The notes below the pieces were generated by a model, which was not told the DNA's origin, did no database searches, and was given only the letters and a program-made list of their open reading frames with translations. Made by a program: the position numbers and the translations under genes. DNA of 61,913 nt, counting the filler, from Diploschistes diacapsis (taxonomy: Eukaryota): NCBI GenBank assembly GCA_023645945.1. It is 5 parts of 5 records of this genome, joined end to end, with 100 filler letters (N's around TTAATTAATTAA, not from the genome) between each part and the next. Parts side by side here need not be neighbours in the genome. Positions count along the whole stretch, not along the records: positions 49,659 to 61,913 come from JALAIB010000758.1; 4 more parts are not named here. One strand, given 5' to 3'. How positions within the stretch are numbered: the first letter of the stretch is position 1; the number at the start of each line of letters is the position of its first letter. Of the stretch, positions 50,319 to 61,913 are shown in pieces.

Positions 50319-51464
50319 ATGCCGGCAAAGAACTTCCTCAACCTCACCTTTGGCGTCGAGATCGAATGCGTGGTCGCCTACCCGGCCGGACTCTTCGGCA
50401 CCGGGCCGAAAGACGTCAAGATAAAGCGAGAGGTCGAAGAGTTCCTCGACGCCAACGGGATCCCCGTCAACGAACTCCGCGGCGACGAGCCGCTCACCTA
50501 CGACAAGTGGACCGTCATCGAAGACACCACGATCAAGAAGCCTCCGAACACCTCGATCGAAGACTACGACGACATGGAGCTCGTGACGAGGATCCTTTAC
50601 TATGACAAGCCCAGCAGCTTCGAGGAGCTCCGCCACGTCCTTCGTCTCGTCAAGTCCAGCTTCAAGCTTCTTGCGGGTCCAGCATATGGCTGCGGTCTGC
50701 ACGTCCATATCGGCAACGAAGATCGCGGGTTCCCGTTCGAGGTCCTCAAGCGCTACGCTCTGCTTGTCGTCGCATTCGAGCGCTTGCTTCTCTCGCTTGT
50801 TCCGGCATATCGTTTGGATGTTCCGCAGGGATTCAAGTGCTTCTGTCACCCGCCGTCGACCTTGATCGCTTTTCGGGGCCTCGGCCTGGAGGCAAGGATA
50901 GAAAGGGTGAAGACCTGTGAGCGGGAATGGCAGCTGCACGACCTGATGTGCCCTATCTGGTACGGCAAGAATACGGCGTTCAACCTCGACAGCCATAACG
51001 ACAAGACGAAGCAGACTATCGAGCATCGCTTGTTCCCGGGGACCACCGACGCGGACGAAATCATCGCCTGTGTCGACCTTTGCGCTGGCCTGGTCACGTT
51101 GGCCTGGCTCATCCCCGACGCAGAACTTGATGCCGTCCTCGAGGCTGCGCTCAACGACTCCTACAGGTCGGATCATCTGTTTTCTGTTATCTGCAAGCCG
51201 TATCTCTCAGATTGCTTCGGTGGGACCGCTGCTCGAAGCGCGTCCCTCGCGTTCCACTTCCCGCAGCCAAGCCGTCTGTATATAGAGGCGAATCTCTCAC
51301 CTGCAGACTCATCTCCAAAGAGCCAAAGAAGCTCCGGATCCGGCCGGCCAAAAACGGAGGCGTGGGAGGTCTTCAGCCTCGCTGAGAACGAGGAGAGCGA
51401 TACGGAGATGGTGGAGAGCAGGGAAGAATCCTGGGGGCCGAAGCCCTTGAGACTGCCATTGTGA
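50319..51464 (+). CDS. Putative amidoligase (Amidoligase_2, COOH-NH2 ligase fold)
   Basis: Intronless 381 aa. TFGVEIE, W.V..D.TI, MELVTRIL, CGLHVHIG, TIEHRLFPGT motifs in the expected order. Confidence 0.8.
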   Translation: MPAKNFLNLTFGVEIECVVAYPAGLFGTGPKDVKIKREVEEFLDANGIPVNELRGDEPLTYDKWTVIEDTTIKKPPNTSIEDYDDMELVTRILYYDKPSSFEELRHVLRLVKSSFKLLAGPAYGCGLHVHIGNEDRGFPFEVLKRYALLVVAFERLLLSLVPAYRLDVPQGFKCFCHPPSTLIAFRGLGLEARIERVKTCEREWQLHDLMCPIWYGKNTAFNLDSHNDKTKQTIEHRLFPGTTDADEIIACVDLCAGLVTLAWLIPDAELDAVLEAALNDSYRSDHLFSVICKPYLSDCFGGTAARSASLAFHFPQPSRLYIEANLSPADSSPKSQRSSGSGRPKTEAWEVFSLAENEESDTEMVESREESWGPKPLRLPL

Positions 51465-52091
51465 AACAGTGTAAGAAGTGTGTGTCGACGTTGGGCCATG
51501 CGTGGTTGGAAACTAATCTTGGACATTGATATAGCTGAAAGGAATAAATAGGCATACTTTGCGGTTCAAAGACTCCTGCTCATATTATTAACAATATCAG
51601 CTTGCGTTTGGAGTGATTCAACGTAGCCTCGACCTCCGAAGCCAGAAGAGAAGAGAACAGACGTTGGACTGGCCGTACGGAAGCAGTCACAGCCGAGCAA
51701 CCTGATTCGTGCCTTTGGTCGTGAAGTGCTGCCCCCAACTGCCTGCACTTCGTTCCAGCTTGCAAAGTACACGAGCCGGTGAGAGAGAATAGTAGACAAA
51801 GTTGACTGGAGGAATATGCGCTTCCAATCAGAAGATGAACGGTAGCATGTCCGGTAATATTGGACCAATAGCGCTTGCCCCGGCGGCTTGAGAGCTTGCG
51901 CATGGTGATTGGTGCCCCCCCCCCCCCGCTCAGACCCTCTCGCTGCACAACTGGGGACGATCAACATGTAGCTGCGAATTTTCTGCTCCATACTAGGTAC
52001 TTTTGCTCGGGTTATGGAGTTGCGGGCTCCAGACGATGAGAGCAGCAATCTAGTCCCCCCCGAAAGTCACCATAATCTTTGCTGCGCGCAA

Positions 52092-52736
52092 ATGGCCGAT
52101 TCGAGCCGGCCACTGCTTCCCAAAGGCTGTTTGCCACCCGAGCCTCCGCCCCCTTCAGCTTCTTCGCCGCTGGATTTTCCGCACAAAATCAAGCGAAAAC
52201 TGACACTTGCTGCGTGTGAGCCCTGTCGTAAGAGAAAGAGCAAGGTAAGCTCCGGCCACCCAGTTTCTGTCTGTTTGTAGAAGCAACACCCCATAGCGCA
52301 AGAGCTTGCTAACCGATTGTGCTTGTTACAGTGCGATGGAAACAGACCCTGTTGTTCTGCCTGCACTGCCAAACCAGAGCTGTGCATTTTCGAAATCAAA
52401 GATGCCAATCTCAGCCGGACAGCCGCCCTGAAGCAAAAGGTAGAGAGCCTAGAGGGAGAAACTAAAGGTCTGAGGGAGGAGGTAGAGGATCTCGAGAATA
52501 GCCTGAGCATAAGATCCGAACTCCTTGAATACCTCCGTACGAGGCCTGATAGAGAAGCTCAAATGATTTTGGAGCGATGGCGAATCTCCCAAAATGTTCA
52601 TGCCGTGGTCCAGTACGTTCGGGAAGGCGATCTTCTCATTCACTCTTTCAACGGCCCTGCATCTTCTTCTGGCAAAACCCCGGACGGGATAGACGGGATA
52701 GATGGCGCAGGAATCTCGAGGTCTCGAGATTCGTGA
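52092..52736 (+). CDS. Short Zn(II)2Cys6 transcription factor (about 185 aa)
   Basis: Intron 52245-52331 splits ACEPCRKRKSK/CDGNRPCCSAC...C. Followed by a coiled coil and VREGDLL. Confidence 0.88.
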
Positions 52737-54598
52737 TCGTTGAGAAAACCATATTAAAAATCCTTGAGAGTTTCTGCAACATGGGGCCGTTTGCAGCCAG
52801 CTGCATGGGACGAGTTTCTGTTTGGCCCACATACCACCAGGTTTTCTCGAGCAGGGTCGATACAGAACAGCCTATATGCAAGGAACCCAGCGCTCGTAAT
52901 GTGGTCGTTAACGTATGCTGCATCCCTAGTCTTCTTTCTTTTTTCCTATTTGGTTTTCCCAATGGTCTTCCGCCAGTATAGGAGCCTGGGAACGACGTTC
53001 GAAGTGTGGTCTCCGATCGGCATAGGATGAGTGACAACAGGACCAGCTTCTGCTCGTTCCCAGAGGACCCTCTTTATTCACTCGAAAGCGCAATCGCTTC
53101 AGTCTGGGTCGTCGGCAGGGAATGGTCAAAAGGTGCCAGAAGGTCATTTGGAAGATGATTTGATTGTACAGTCTAAGCAAGAATGAACCGACTTTCTTGC
53201 ATTCGCTTGTGCCATGTTGCCGGCTCGTATTTGATGACCGCTGCTAGACTCGGGACAGTCCGTGGCTGGATTCGGGACAATCTGTTCCATTACGCTGAAA
53301 GAGATCAGAGGGAGGGCTCGGAGGATGAATCTCGCGCACCTGACAGGAACATCGGTATCGACTGCGAGTTGGGGGGCCAATTCGATTCACCCGGAAATCG
53401 GGACGCCTGCACCGACCCCATACAGAGACAATGCCCGCTTTTTTGTTCTGTTTTGTGTAGTATATGGTATGTATATGGTATACAAGCAACTGGCATTTTG
53501 CATCGAGAAAAACCCCCCACCGAGAAAGAAGTGCCCTTTGTCGGAGCAAACGCCGGGCCTCAACCATTGGCTGAAGGGAGACTTTTCGCCACAGCCTTTC
53601 TCCAGACAACAAAGTTTTGACTTCCTTGTTTCTTTCTGATCGGCAAACCATGACCCCCTTCCCCCATGCCCACCACGTAAAAACCCCCCCTTTTACCGGT
53701 CATTCCCTCCGCCACGGCTCCCACCTTCGCTACTTGCCCCCAGACCCCGTCTATTTCCAAAGTTAGGGTAGAAACGAGTTTGACAGGCTTCAGGTACAAG
53801 GTGATTGGGGACATGTCCGTGAACCCCCCCCCCTTCCCGTTGTTGTGATCAGTAGGGGGGCATACTAGTTCCATTTTACGAACGAAGACGCCGTCCCAGT
53901 TCCCAGTCCCAGATGCATACGGCGGGCGATGTACAGAGGCATGTGCGTGTGTGAGTTGACGTGCCTGCGAACCTGAAGAGCTTCCCATCATTCCCGGTCT
54001 CGGGGGGAGGCTCTGCAAATCCCACACACACACAACACGCGCATCTCCGGAGGTGCTTGCGAGCCTATGAAAAGCGAAAGCGGTGGGGGGGGAGGATCTT
54101 CCGCTCTCTTGGACATGACGCCAAGAAGGGGGGAATGTGATTGGCCGCCGGACACTCTTCCGCCGCCCATGGCATAAAAATAAATAAAAAACCAACAGGC
54201 CGTCTTACCTCAGCTATGTTTTTCGCAAAGGGGGGGGAAATGCCAACTCAGACTCACAACAGAAACATGATCAATGCAGCACGGTACCTTTTTGCACTTC
54301 CAACAATATATAAACACTGTTCATTTGTTTGTAGCCGGACAAAGTATTTGCAAGCTCAAATCGTTAGATAGCTATGTACAGCCGATGAAAGGAAAGAGGG
54401 TGGTATGCCAAAGAAACTATGTACTTGACGAAAAATATAAGCCAGACGCTGCTGCTGCTCGCACGACAGCTAAAGGCTAGACGGCGAGGGCAAAGTTCAA
54501 AGGCTATTTTCTGTCATGCAAAATATGTACAAAAGATCGTTTTTCCTCTCTGTCAATCTGCCATTCGACGCCCTCGCTATGCATGTCTTCTGGTCCGA

Positions 54599-57143
54599 TC
54601 AAGCTGGCCTGAAAAGGGCAATAGTGTCTGGGAAGACGTTGACGTTGTCAGAGTATCTGGTTTACGGAATCAGTAAATATCTCGATAACAGAAGAGCAAG
54701 CATCTTACTTGGCTATCGGGTTTCCATTCAGGGTAGCCATGTTGGTCGTGCCGACGGTGTTCAGGTTGTAGATGTTGATGTCGGAGCTCGACTCAACGTC
54801 AACAATGTTGTCCTGGCAGTTCTCGCTGCCGCCCGTGTTGGAGCAGGCGGTACTGTAGTTGTCGAAGAAGGAGTAGAAGCCGCCGCCGTACATGTACACG
54901 CCCTTCGTGTTCAGCACGCGGAAGCCCCACGCGTCGGCGCAGTTGCCGCCCTGGCCGGCGCAGGAGCTGGCGAAGTTGGGGTCGTTGAGGGAGGGGACAA
55001 CGCTGAAGGGAGCAGGAGCGCTGGGGTTGGGTTGGTAGTACGGGGTCTCGGTCTGCGCTTGCGCGATGTAGATGTCTTGCGTTCCTGAAAGCTGGTATTG
55101 GTAGAGGGCGTGGTGCTCGACGGCGGTGCCCGACAACCAAATGGTGCCCGAAGTGCTCTCGATGAGCATGCCGCGGCCGGTGAAGACGGAGATTTGAGTG
55201 TTGCTTGGGTCGTCGATGTCGTGGTCTGCCGTCCAGAACCAGTTGTTTTCGAGGTAGAGGCCGGACGCTGACTTGGTGATGTGGAGGGACATGAAGGCAG
55301 CTGTGCAGCCGGCGGATGGCTGAGCGGACGCTGGGCATTGGGCGACCTGGAGGTTCGATCCCGTAAAGCCACCGATACGGGTGTGCACGTCCCACATTCC
55401 GGATGGCGTTCCAGAAGTAGCAAGGTTCCACTCGATCAAGACGGCTCCAGCTTGTGCACCTTGGGTTGAGACGATCAGATCGACCATTTGGACGGTGCCG
55501 GTCTGGCCGGGGGTACCGACTTGGATAACCGGCTGGGGGCTTCCCTCGTTGTTGAAGAAGCCTCCGCTTGACATGATGATGGACGTGAGGAACTCTCCGG
55601 CAATCTTTGCGCCCGGTGGAACGTGGATGGTGCTGGTCACTAGGTAGGTACCTGCATCCAGGAAGAAGAGATTTCCGGCGCCAGCAGCGGAGTTGATGGC
55701 ATTCTGCAGGGCAGCGGTGTCGTCGGTGTGGCCGTTACCCGTCGCACCGAAGCTGCGAGCGCTCACGATCTGGGAGGTAGAGAGATCCTCAAACTGCGGC
55801 TTGGAGGCTTCGTAATACTTGGATCCGGACAGGAGAGATGCTGGTCTGTCGTTGGGCGCGAAGCTACCCTGAAAGGTGGCGGGTCCGTTCGGAGTGTACG
55901 AGTGGCCTTCGCCCCAAGCAGAAATGGTCATGGAACCACCGGCCAGAGCGGTTCCGCTCGGTCCCTTGACAGCAGTGGGGACATTCTGGAGGACGACGTT
56001 CTCGAGGATGAGACTTCCGGCAGTCGAAGGCACCGACGATGTGTCCCAGGCCGTCAACACACCAACGGGGGTGTTGGTTATGGAGCTGTCGTAAAGGGTA
56101 ACGGAGCCAACGGTCTGAGCAGAAGAGCCGCCCGCGGAGATATCGATACCGACCTGGCAGTTGTTGATGCTGATGCTCTTGTAGGCCCAGCTCCAGTCCC
56201 AAAACATGGAAATGGCAGTCACGGCGTTGTTGAAGACCAGGTTCCTCATGGTGTACTGTTGGTTTCCAAGAGCGGCTCCCTTGAGACCACCGTTGAAGGT
56301 CAAGTCCATGAGAGCACCGGCGGAGCCCGACTCGATGAACAGACCCACGTGCTGCGTTCCCGCCGCGGCCGATAATTCGAACACGACATTCTGGATGGAT
56401 GTGGCTTGTGCGGTCGGCCAGTGGATTCCGTTCATGGAGGACGACGACGCAACGGCAGTTGTGTCAATGACAAAGTTCCTGATTTGACGGTAGAAAACGT
56501 TGGTTGCGCCCCAGTTTAGGTTCTGCGTGTAATATGGATCGGCATCGATGACTCCAAAGCCGTTGAATCCACCAGTCGCCTTGAGAGTAGGTGGGTTGTT
56601 GGGGTTACCGATGAGCTGCGTATAGTATGCTTGATTGATTGGGCTTGAAAGGATATACGTTCCCTCGGGAAAGTAGATGACAGCTGGCGTGGTGGAACTC
56701 GAGGTGCACCCTCTGCCGCAAGTGCCACCGGCGCTGATGGCGCTGTTGATTGCAGCGGTATCATCAGTTGTGCCATCACCTATGCAATGCCCGGTCAGAT
56801 TAGAAGATTCACAGTCACACCTTTCTCGGGACATACCTCGGGCACCATAGTCCTTGACGTTCCGGTAGACTACGAATCCGGACGGGCCGAAAGCCGAGAC
56901 GCCTCTGTGGGCCATGTCCTCATACCAATAGGCTTGGCCGCTGGCCAGGGGGCTCTGGGTGGAGCTCCCGCCGCGAGAGGTGGTGCTGTTGGTAGCATTG
57001 GCGGGTGCGTGATAGTGAATGTACCCGTAGTATTTTTGAGTGACGTCCTGTACGATGGCATCTACCACCGGGATGTCCAGCTTCTCCCCACTGGCAAGAA
57101 GAAGGGATGGCACGAGGGCCAAAGCCAGTTCTGAGAGACGCAT
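54599..57143 (-). CDS. Secreted exo-beta-1,3-glucanase GH55
   Basis: Signal peptide, two beta-helix starts (RNVKDYGARGDGTTDDTAAIN and FGATGNGHTDDTAALQ), HWPTAQATS, WTADHDID, QTETPYYQP. Introns 56836-56780 and one near the C-terminus. Confidence 0.95.
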
Positions 57144-58282
57144 GTTGAAGTAGCAACTTGGTCTCTGCGTCTGAGCTGGTGCAGGATGGGGAGCGGGAGA
57201 AGAGAGACGAGTGATGGGTTGAATGCCAGAGAGGTGGACGGGGTGGACGGTATAAATGCTTTCTCCCCATAAATTTTTTTTGCCATGTTTGACCCGCCTT
57301 AGGAAGGCTGACGCAATTCAGGTTCCCTCGCTCTCCCTCCAAGCCGGTGATCCCATGATTTCCTTGCCTTCATTGTTCCGATCTTACTCGAAAGGCGAAT
57401 GAATGACAAGGGTGATAGAACAGCCTACCGCGTTGCTGCAGTGGAACCAGAGATGCTGGCGTAAGGCATGCATCTGTCGGGATTGAACTCCAAAGAGCAG
57501 AATCATGGGGTCAAGAAGAGAAAGCGACTAATGGCGGGTCTGGTCCAATTACAGGCATTGCAATGACCGCGACCGCCAGAAGCTGCAGGCCGCGTGGGTG
57601 ATGGGAGAGATGGAGGATAGACTGCGGTGTGGGGAGGTGCAAGGGCGACGGGGTGATGTTGGTGCCGGACATGATGCTCTATGCGGCCAACGACAAAGGA
57701 AATGACTTGACGTTAACCTTGGTTTCAGCCGTTCACACCAGCAGCAGCAGCAGCAGCAGCCAAGGACAGTGCTGGGCATGTGTGCGAGAGCAACGCTAGC
57801 CTTTGGTATCTACTCGGCCCTGGGAAAGGAGAGGAAAGGCAAGCTACCTACCTACTAGACGCGTGAACATGAACAGGTGCAGGTTTTGGCGCATGCACAG
57901 CTGCAGCGTCAGTGCCAGAGCCAGCGTTACAACCTTCCATACAGCCTTCTAGAAAGAACAGCTTGGACTTGGGTTGCAACGGAGATGAAGTTTCGCCATC
58001 AGCACTAATTTAGAGCATTGCGTTCTTGAGGCATGTTAGGTACACTGGGGGTAGGAAGGGCTTACTTCGAAGGCATAATAAGAGAGAGATCAAATGATAT
58101 TAGGTAATATAAGAGCCAAAGCGTCCATCCTAGTCCCTTCTGGGTATGGAAAGCCGGCCATCCTCCCATCCTCGTGACTTGGTCCTCCTCGGTGTAGAAG
58201 GAAAGAGCTTTGATAAACAGCTTCCTTCATAGTTGGAGTCAGTCGCATTGTGAAACAAAGGCAGCAAAGTGTGTATCATGAG

Positions 58283-58343
58283 GTAATGTAATGTAATGTA
58301 ATGTAGTGTAATGTAATGTAATTCAATGTAATGTAATGTAATG
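58283..58343. repeat. (GTAAT)n pentanucleotide repeat
   Basis: About 12 imperfect units. Confidence 0.93.
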
Positions 58344-59372
58344 CAAGATGTGGTGCTGCTGGTGACACGTGACACTGGGTAGATGCTTTTCAACGCGTTT
58401 TCCCCAAGGAGGTGAAGATTTGAAGGAATGGGAAGGTGGCGCAACAACAGCGCGTGCGTGATCAAAACAAGCTTATTTCCCCGCAGTCTTGGCAGTTGCA
58501 ACTCTGAATCTCTCTGATCTGCAAAGCATCGAATCCAATTAGACTCTGAGACGCCTTTCAGCCACAAGGCCCACACCGCAACAACGGTATTGTCTTGTCT
58601 TGTCTTGTCTAGTCTTGGCTTGCACCCCATGTTGGAAATACCGAGTAATCTTAAACAAACCCTAGCGCCGGTATCGGGTCAAAATTGCAGTACTGGGCAC
58701 TAGGTATGCAGGTTTCCTTCCTGGCGAAAAGTGTTATTGCGCGACGGCACATATTTTGATCTTGATTGGATGAACAAGACTCTGTCCTGTCAGACTGCTG
58801 CCAGAATTACAGTCATAGTAATATGCGCAAGGTCAAATGTCCCGACAGTCGTGGTCACGCTTTGGTAGGCGGGAAATTGATCGACAAACCTACACAGGCT
58901 CGAGCTTGGCAACAAAGATGCAGTTCTTATGGGACATTTTGAATTCAGATGTTGTGACCGCCAGCCTGATGAGGCTCTAGAGATGGGAGGAAGCCACAGA
59001 GAAAGCCACAGGTGATACTCGGTTTATTTATTGGGCGAAAGCCTTATGCACGGATTATTCATGTTTATCGGCATTTTGAGCCCAACACGTATGCGCACAC
59101 TATGTGTAAAGAATACAAAGATCTTGCGCATACTGCAATTAACAATAAACTAAAAACATACGCACTTCGCAAAGTAAAAAGCTCAGAGATCAACAACGTG
59201 TGAGACTGCGATCATCAAAGTGCGTAAAGTGTAATCTTATTGAATCAAAACTAGCGATAAAATGTCCCCGCAGTAATAATAATAAGAATAATAATCCCTA
59301 CGTAATAATTCTTTTTAATTAACTAGACTATAATTTATTAATTATTATGATTTTTTTGTGTCCACCAGACCC

Positions 59373-59428
59373 CACTCACTCACTCACTCACTAACTCACT
59401 CACTCACTCACTCACTCACTCACTCACT
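59373..59428. repeat. (CACT)n tetranucleotide repeat
   Basis: About 14 units, one variant. Confidence 0.95.
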
Positions 59429-60836
59429 GCCTTCAGTCATCGGCTGCATACCAGAGGTACCGCCCACAACGGCCGGACCTCGAGCCTCTGGCGCCACACA
59501 CCTCATCGCACACCACCAACTATCTCATCGTGACTTTAGTTTCGGCGATCATGAGTTTCCCTACCTCCCTCCCGCGTGTTGTCCTCTGTGCTCGGGTTTT
59601 CTTCATCTCGCTTTTGGGATCGTGACGGCTTTCCCCATCTTCAAGCCTCGTAAACTATACTGTACTGATCTCTTCAAGTCACCGCTGCTCAAGGTAAGCT
59701 AAATCTCATTGTCCTCACCTTCGCCACTTGTGCTACCGTGTGGGACGTCTGAGCACGGTGGAAATGCGATCCGAGCAAAGCCGGGCCATCGCGGCTTACG
59801 TGTGAAACCCTTCGGACTTCGATGCTTGGGTCGTGAGTGACTCAAGTTCATGAATCGAGGAAGGTAAGGTGAGCATGTTCCTCGAGCAGTGCACCGGGAA
59901 AAAGACTTGGGTATACTGGCTTGTCGTTGTAAGCGGTGTGCCAAGCTCCGGGGCAGGGACAAAAGAGGCATATATGGACCGATTGGATGGCAATAGCCCA
60001 TCAGGTCCAAGGCCGGATCGACGTGGAAGTGGTACCTGGGGATGGTCTGCGCGGTGCTGCACGAGATCACAAAGCTTCAAGAAGTTAGCCGAGCAAGTCG
60101 TTCTGCGACGACATCACAAAGAAGCTGTGTTTTTGCCTTTTGCTCTAACCATGCAAGTTCGGCCCTTGCTAAACTATGGCTCTAGCCGATACACCGCTGG
60201 GCCTTGCCGACAGGAAAGATGAAGCTCCGTCCATCCTGTTGCTGCATCCCGGCATATGGCTTACTAGAGGTCAACAAGCGTGAATGGCTTCACTCTGGCC
60301 CTCTTCGCTGGCACTCTCTCGTAAGCTTCTGCCCAAACCGGTCCCATCACTCCGGTCTTCCACGCTTATACGCACGCTCACCGGTACAGTGAGCTGGAGG
60401 ACAACCTTCCTGGTTCAGTACAATCAGCCCTTGCTGAATTCGCAGTCACGCTCGCGGTCACGGGATGGCCCAGTCTCATTCAACCTTACTCTTACACTCT
60501 TCCACACCTTTGTCTTAGGTTCATAATGATGGCAAAGTTTGCGCGTGTGTGCTACACGGAGCTGGTGCGGAACGCAGAGGCCATGGCCAAACCCCCAAGT
60601 TTGGTATGCCTGAGGGTTGGGATGCCAACTCTCCGAGAGAGAGACGAAGGTGTGATAGCCGCCCAAGTTCTTTCCTACTCCGAAACCCCAGCGGTCTATA
60701 AGAAGGACAGGCATCGCCACGGGCTTCCTTCGAACAAAGATCCTCTGATTAGACTTGTACTTGCCACACTCTCCGCCGCTTGTTACCTCTCCATTTACTC
60801 CAAGGTCTTGCCATCCGTGAGAACTCCCCCAGCAAG

Positions 60837-61883
60837 ATGTTCCGCGCCGCAACTCTAGCCCTGGCCGGTCTGGCTACGGTGGCACGTGCTGGGTACACAT
60901 TGAAGGACACGTACGATGCCGGCAACTGGTTTAACATGTTTACAGTACAGGCCGTAAGCCGTGACAGGATGCCTGTACACCGCCCAGATCATGCTAACGT
61001 GCCACAGATTTCGGACCCAACCGGGGGCTTTGTCAATTACCTCGACCAGGCCGACGCTCAAGCGAAAGGTCTATACCGGATCATCAACAACCAGGTCTAC
61101 ATTGGCGTCGACAACACCACCACGCTTAGCCCTAGCGGACCCGGTCGGAACAGCGTTCGCCTGCAGGGCAACCCTTCCTACAACCACGGTCTTGTCATTC
61201 TCGATGCGCCGCACATCCCCGGCTCGGCCTGTGGTTCGTGGCCTGCCTTGTGAGCGAGACCCCGGTATGCTTGTTTCGAGCAGTCGCTGATATCCCCCCA
61301 AAGCTGGATGGTCGGCCCGAACTGGCCCAACCAAGGCGAGATCGACATCATCGAGGGCGTCAACGACAACGCGCAGAACCAGATGACCCTCCACACTGCG
61401 CCAGGCTGCACCGTCGACGTCGGTCCCGGCGGCCAGACCGGCACCTCGATCGGCGACCCCAACTGCGGCGACGACGGCGGATTCAACGGCTGCCCCGTCG
61501 TCGACTACGTGGGCACCTCGTACGGCACGGGCTTCGACGCTGCGGGCGGCGGGGTCTACGCCATGGAGTGGACGTCCCAGTGGATCAAGGTCTGGTACTT
61601 TGCCTACAGCCAGGTGCCCGGGGACATCAAATCCGGCAGCCCGAACCCGAGCGGCTGGGGCACGCCGGCCGCGAACTTTGGCGGCTGCGCCTTCGACAAC
61701 TACTTCAAGTCGCTGCAGATCATCTTCGACAATACTTTCTGCGGCGGCTGGGCCGGGTCCGTCTGGACGCAGAGCGCGTGCTCGAAGCAGAACCCCAGCT
61801 GCATCGACTTTGTGGCGAGCGAGCCGCAGGTCTACAGCCTGGCGTACTGGCTCGTCAACAGCGTGAAGGTTTACCAGGAGTGA
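60837..61883 (+). CDS. Secreted endo-1,3(4)-beta-glucanase GH16
   Basis: Signal peptide, [41 protein letters not shown] catalytic ExDxxE, GGGVYAMEW, TFCGGWAG. Introns 60954-61007 and 61250-61303. No GPI tail or CBM. Confidence 0.95.
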
Positions 61884-61913
61884 TGGAGTGGTTTGCTGGG
61901 GGTGGGTTGGGGG

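Noticed and set aside
53480..54300. Homopolymer-rich stretch (also 49659-49880) as a special element
   Set aside because: Inflated G/C/A runs look like low-quality consensus. No coding or repeat structure.
59700..60100. RNase P/MRP, SRP, telomerase RNA or group I intron
   Set aside because: Hairpin-like segments exist but I could not find the conserved signature motifs or a telomere template.

Overview
Eukaryotic (filamentous ascomycete, Pezizomycotina-type) nuclear DNA with spliceosomal GT-AG introns. The window is not one locus. It is five contigs (12360, 12347, 12291, 12260 and 12255 bp, in decreasing length order) joined by artificial N44-TTAATTAATTAA-N44 linkers, so gene adjacency is meaningful only within a contig. 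Contig 1: DUF2256/DUF3253-like gene, O-methyltransferase pseudogene, sulfite reductase flavoprotein (MET10) divergent from FMP52, partial alpha/beta-hydrolase. Contig 2: head-to-head mitoribosomal genes (MRPL35/mL38 and YML6/uL4m), a Cys-rich orphan, an Ams2/SPT21 GATA factor, decayed GNAT and MFS genes. Contig 3: DUF1765 protein, NHP6, two unknown genes. Contig 4: SSZ1, hydrolase pseudogene, LRR protein with BC-box-like and Zn-finger-like C-terminus, divergent GH13 alpha-amylase and GH15-CBM20 glucoamylase. Contig 5: amidoligase-like gene, short Zn2Cys6 factor, divergent GH55 exo- and GH16 endo-beta-1,3-glucanases. Most notable: recurrent C-rich to GC-rich to G-rich skew-flip islands, two divergent endo/exo glucanase pairs, an LRRC58-like adaptor candidate, and five decayed accessory genes. 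No rRNA, tRNA, CRISPR or recognisable transposon was seen. All family calls are from motif recognition, not database searches.
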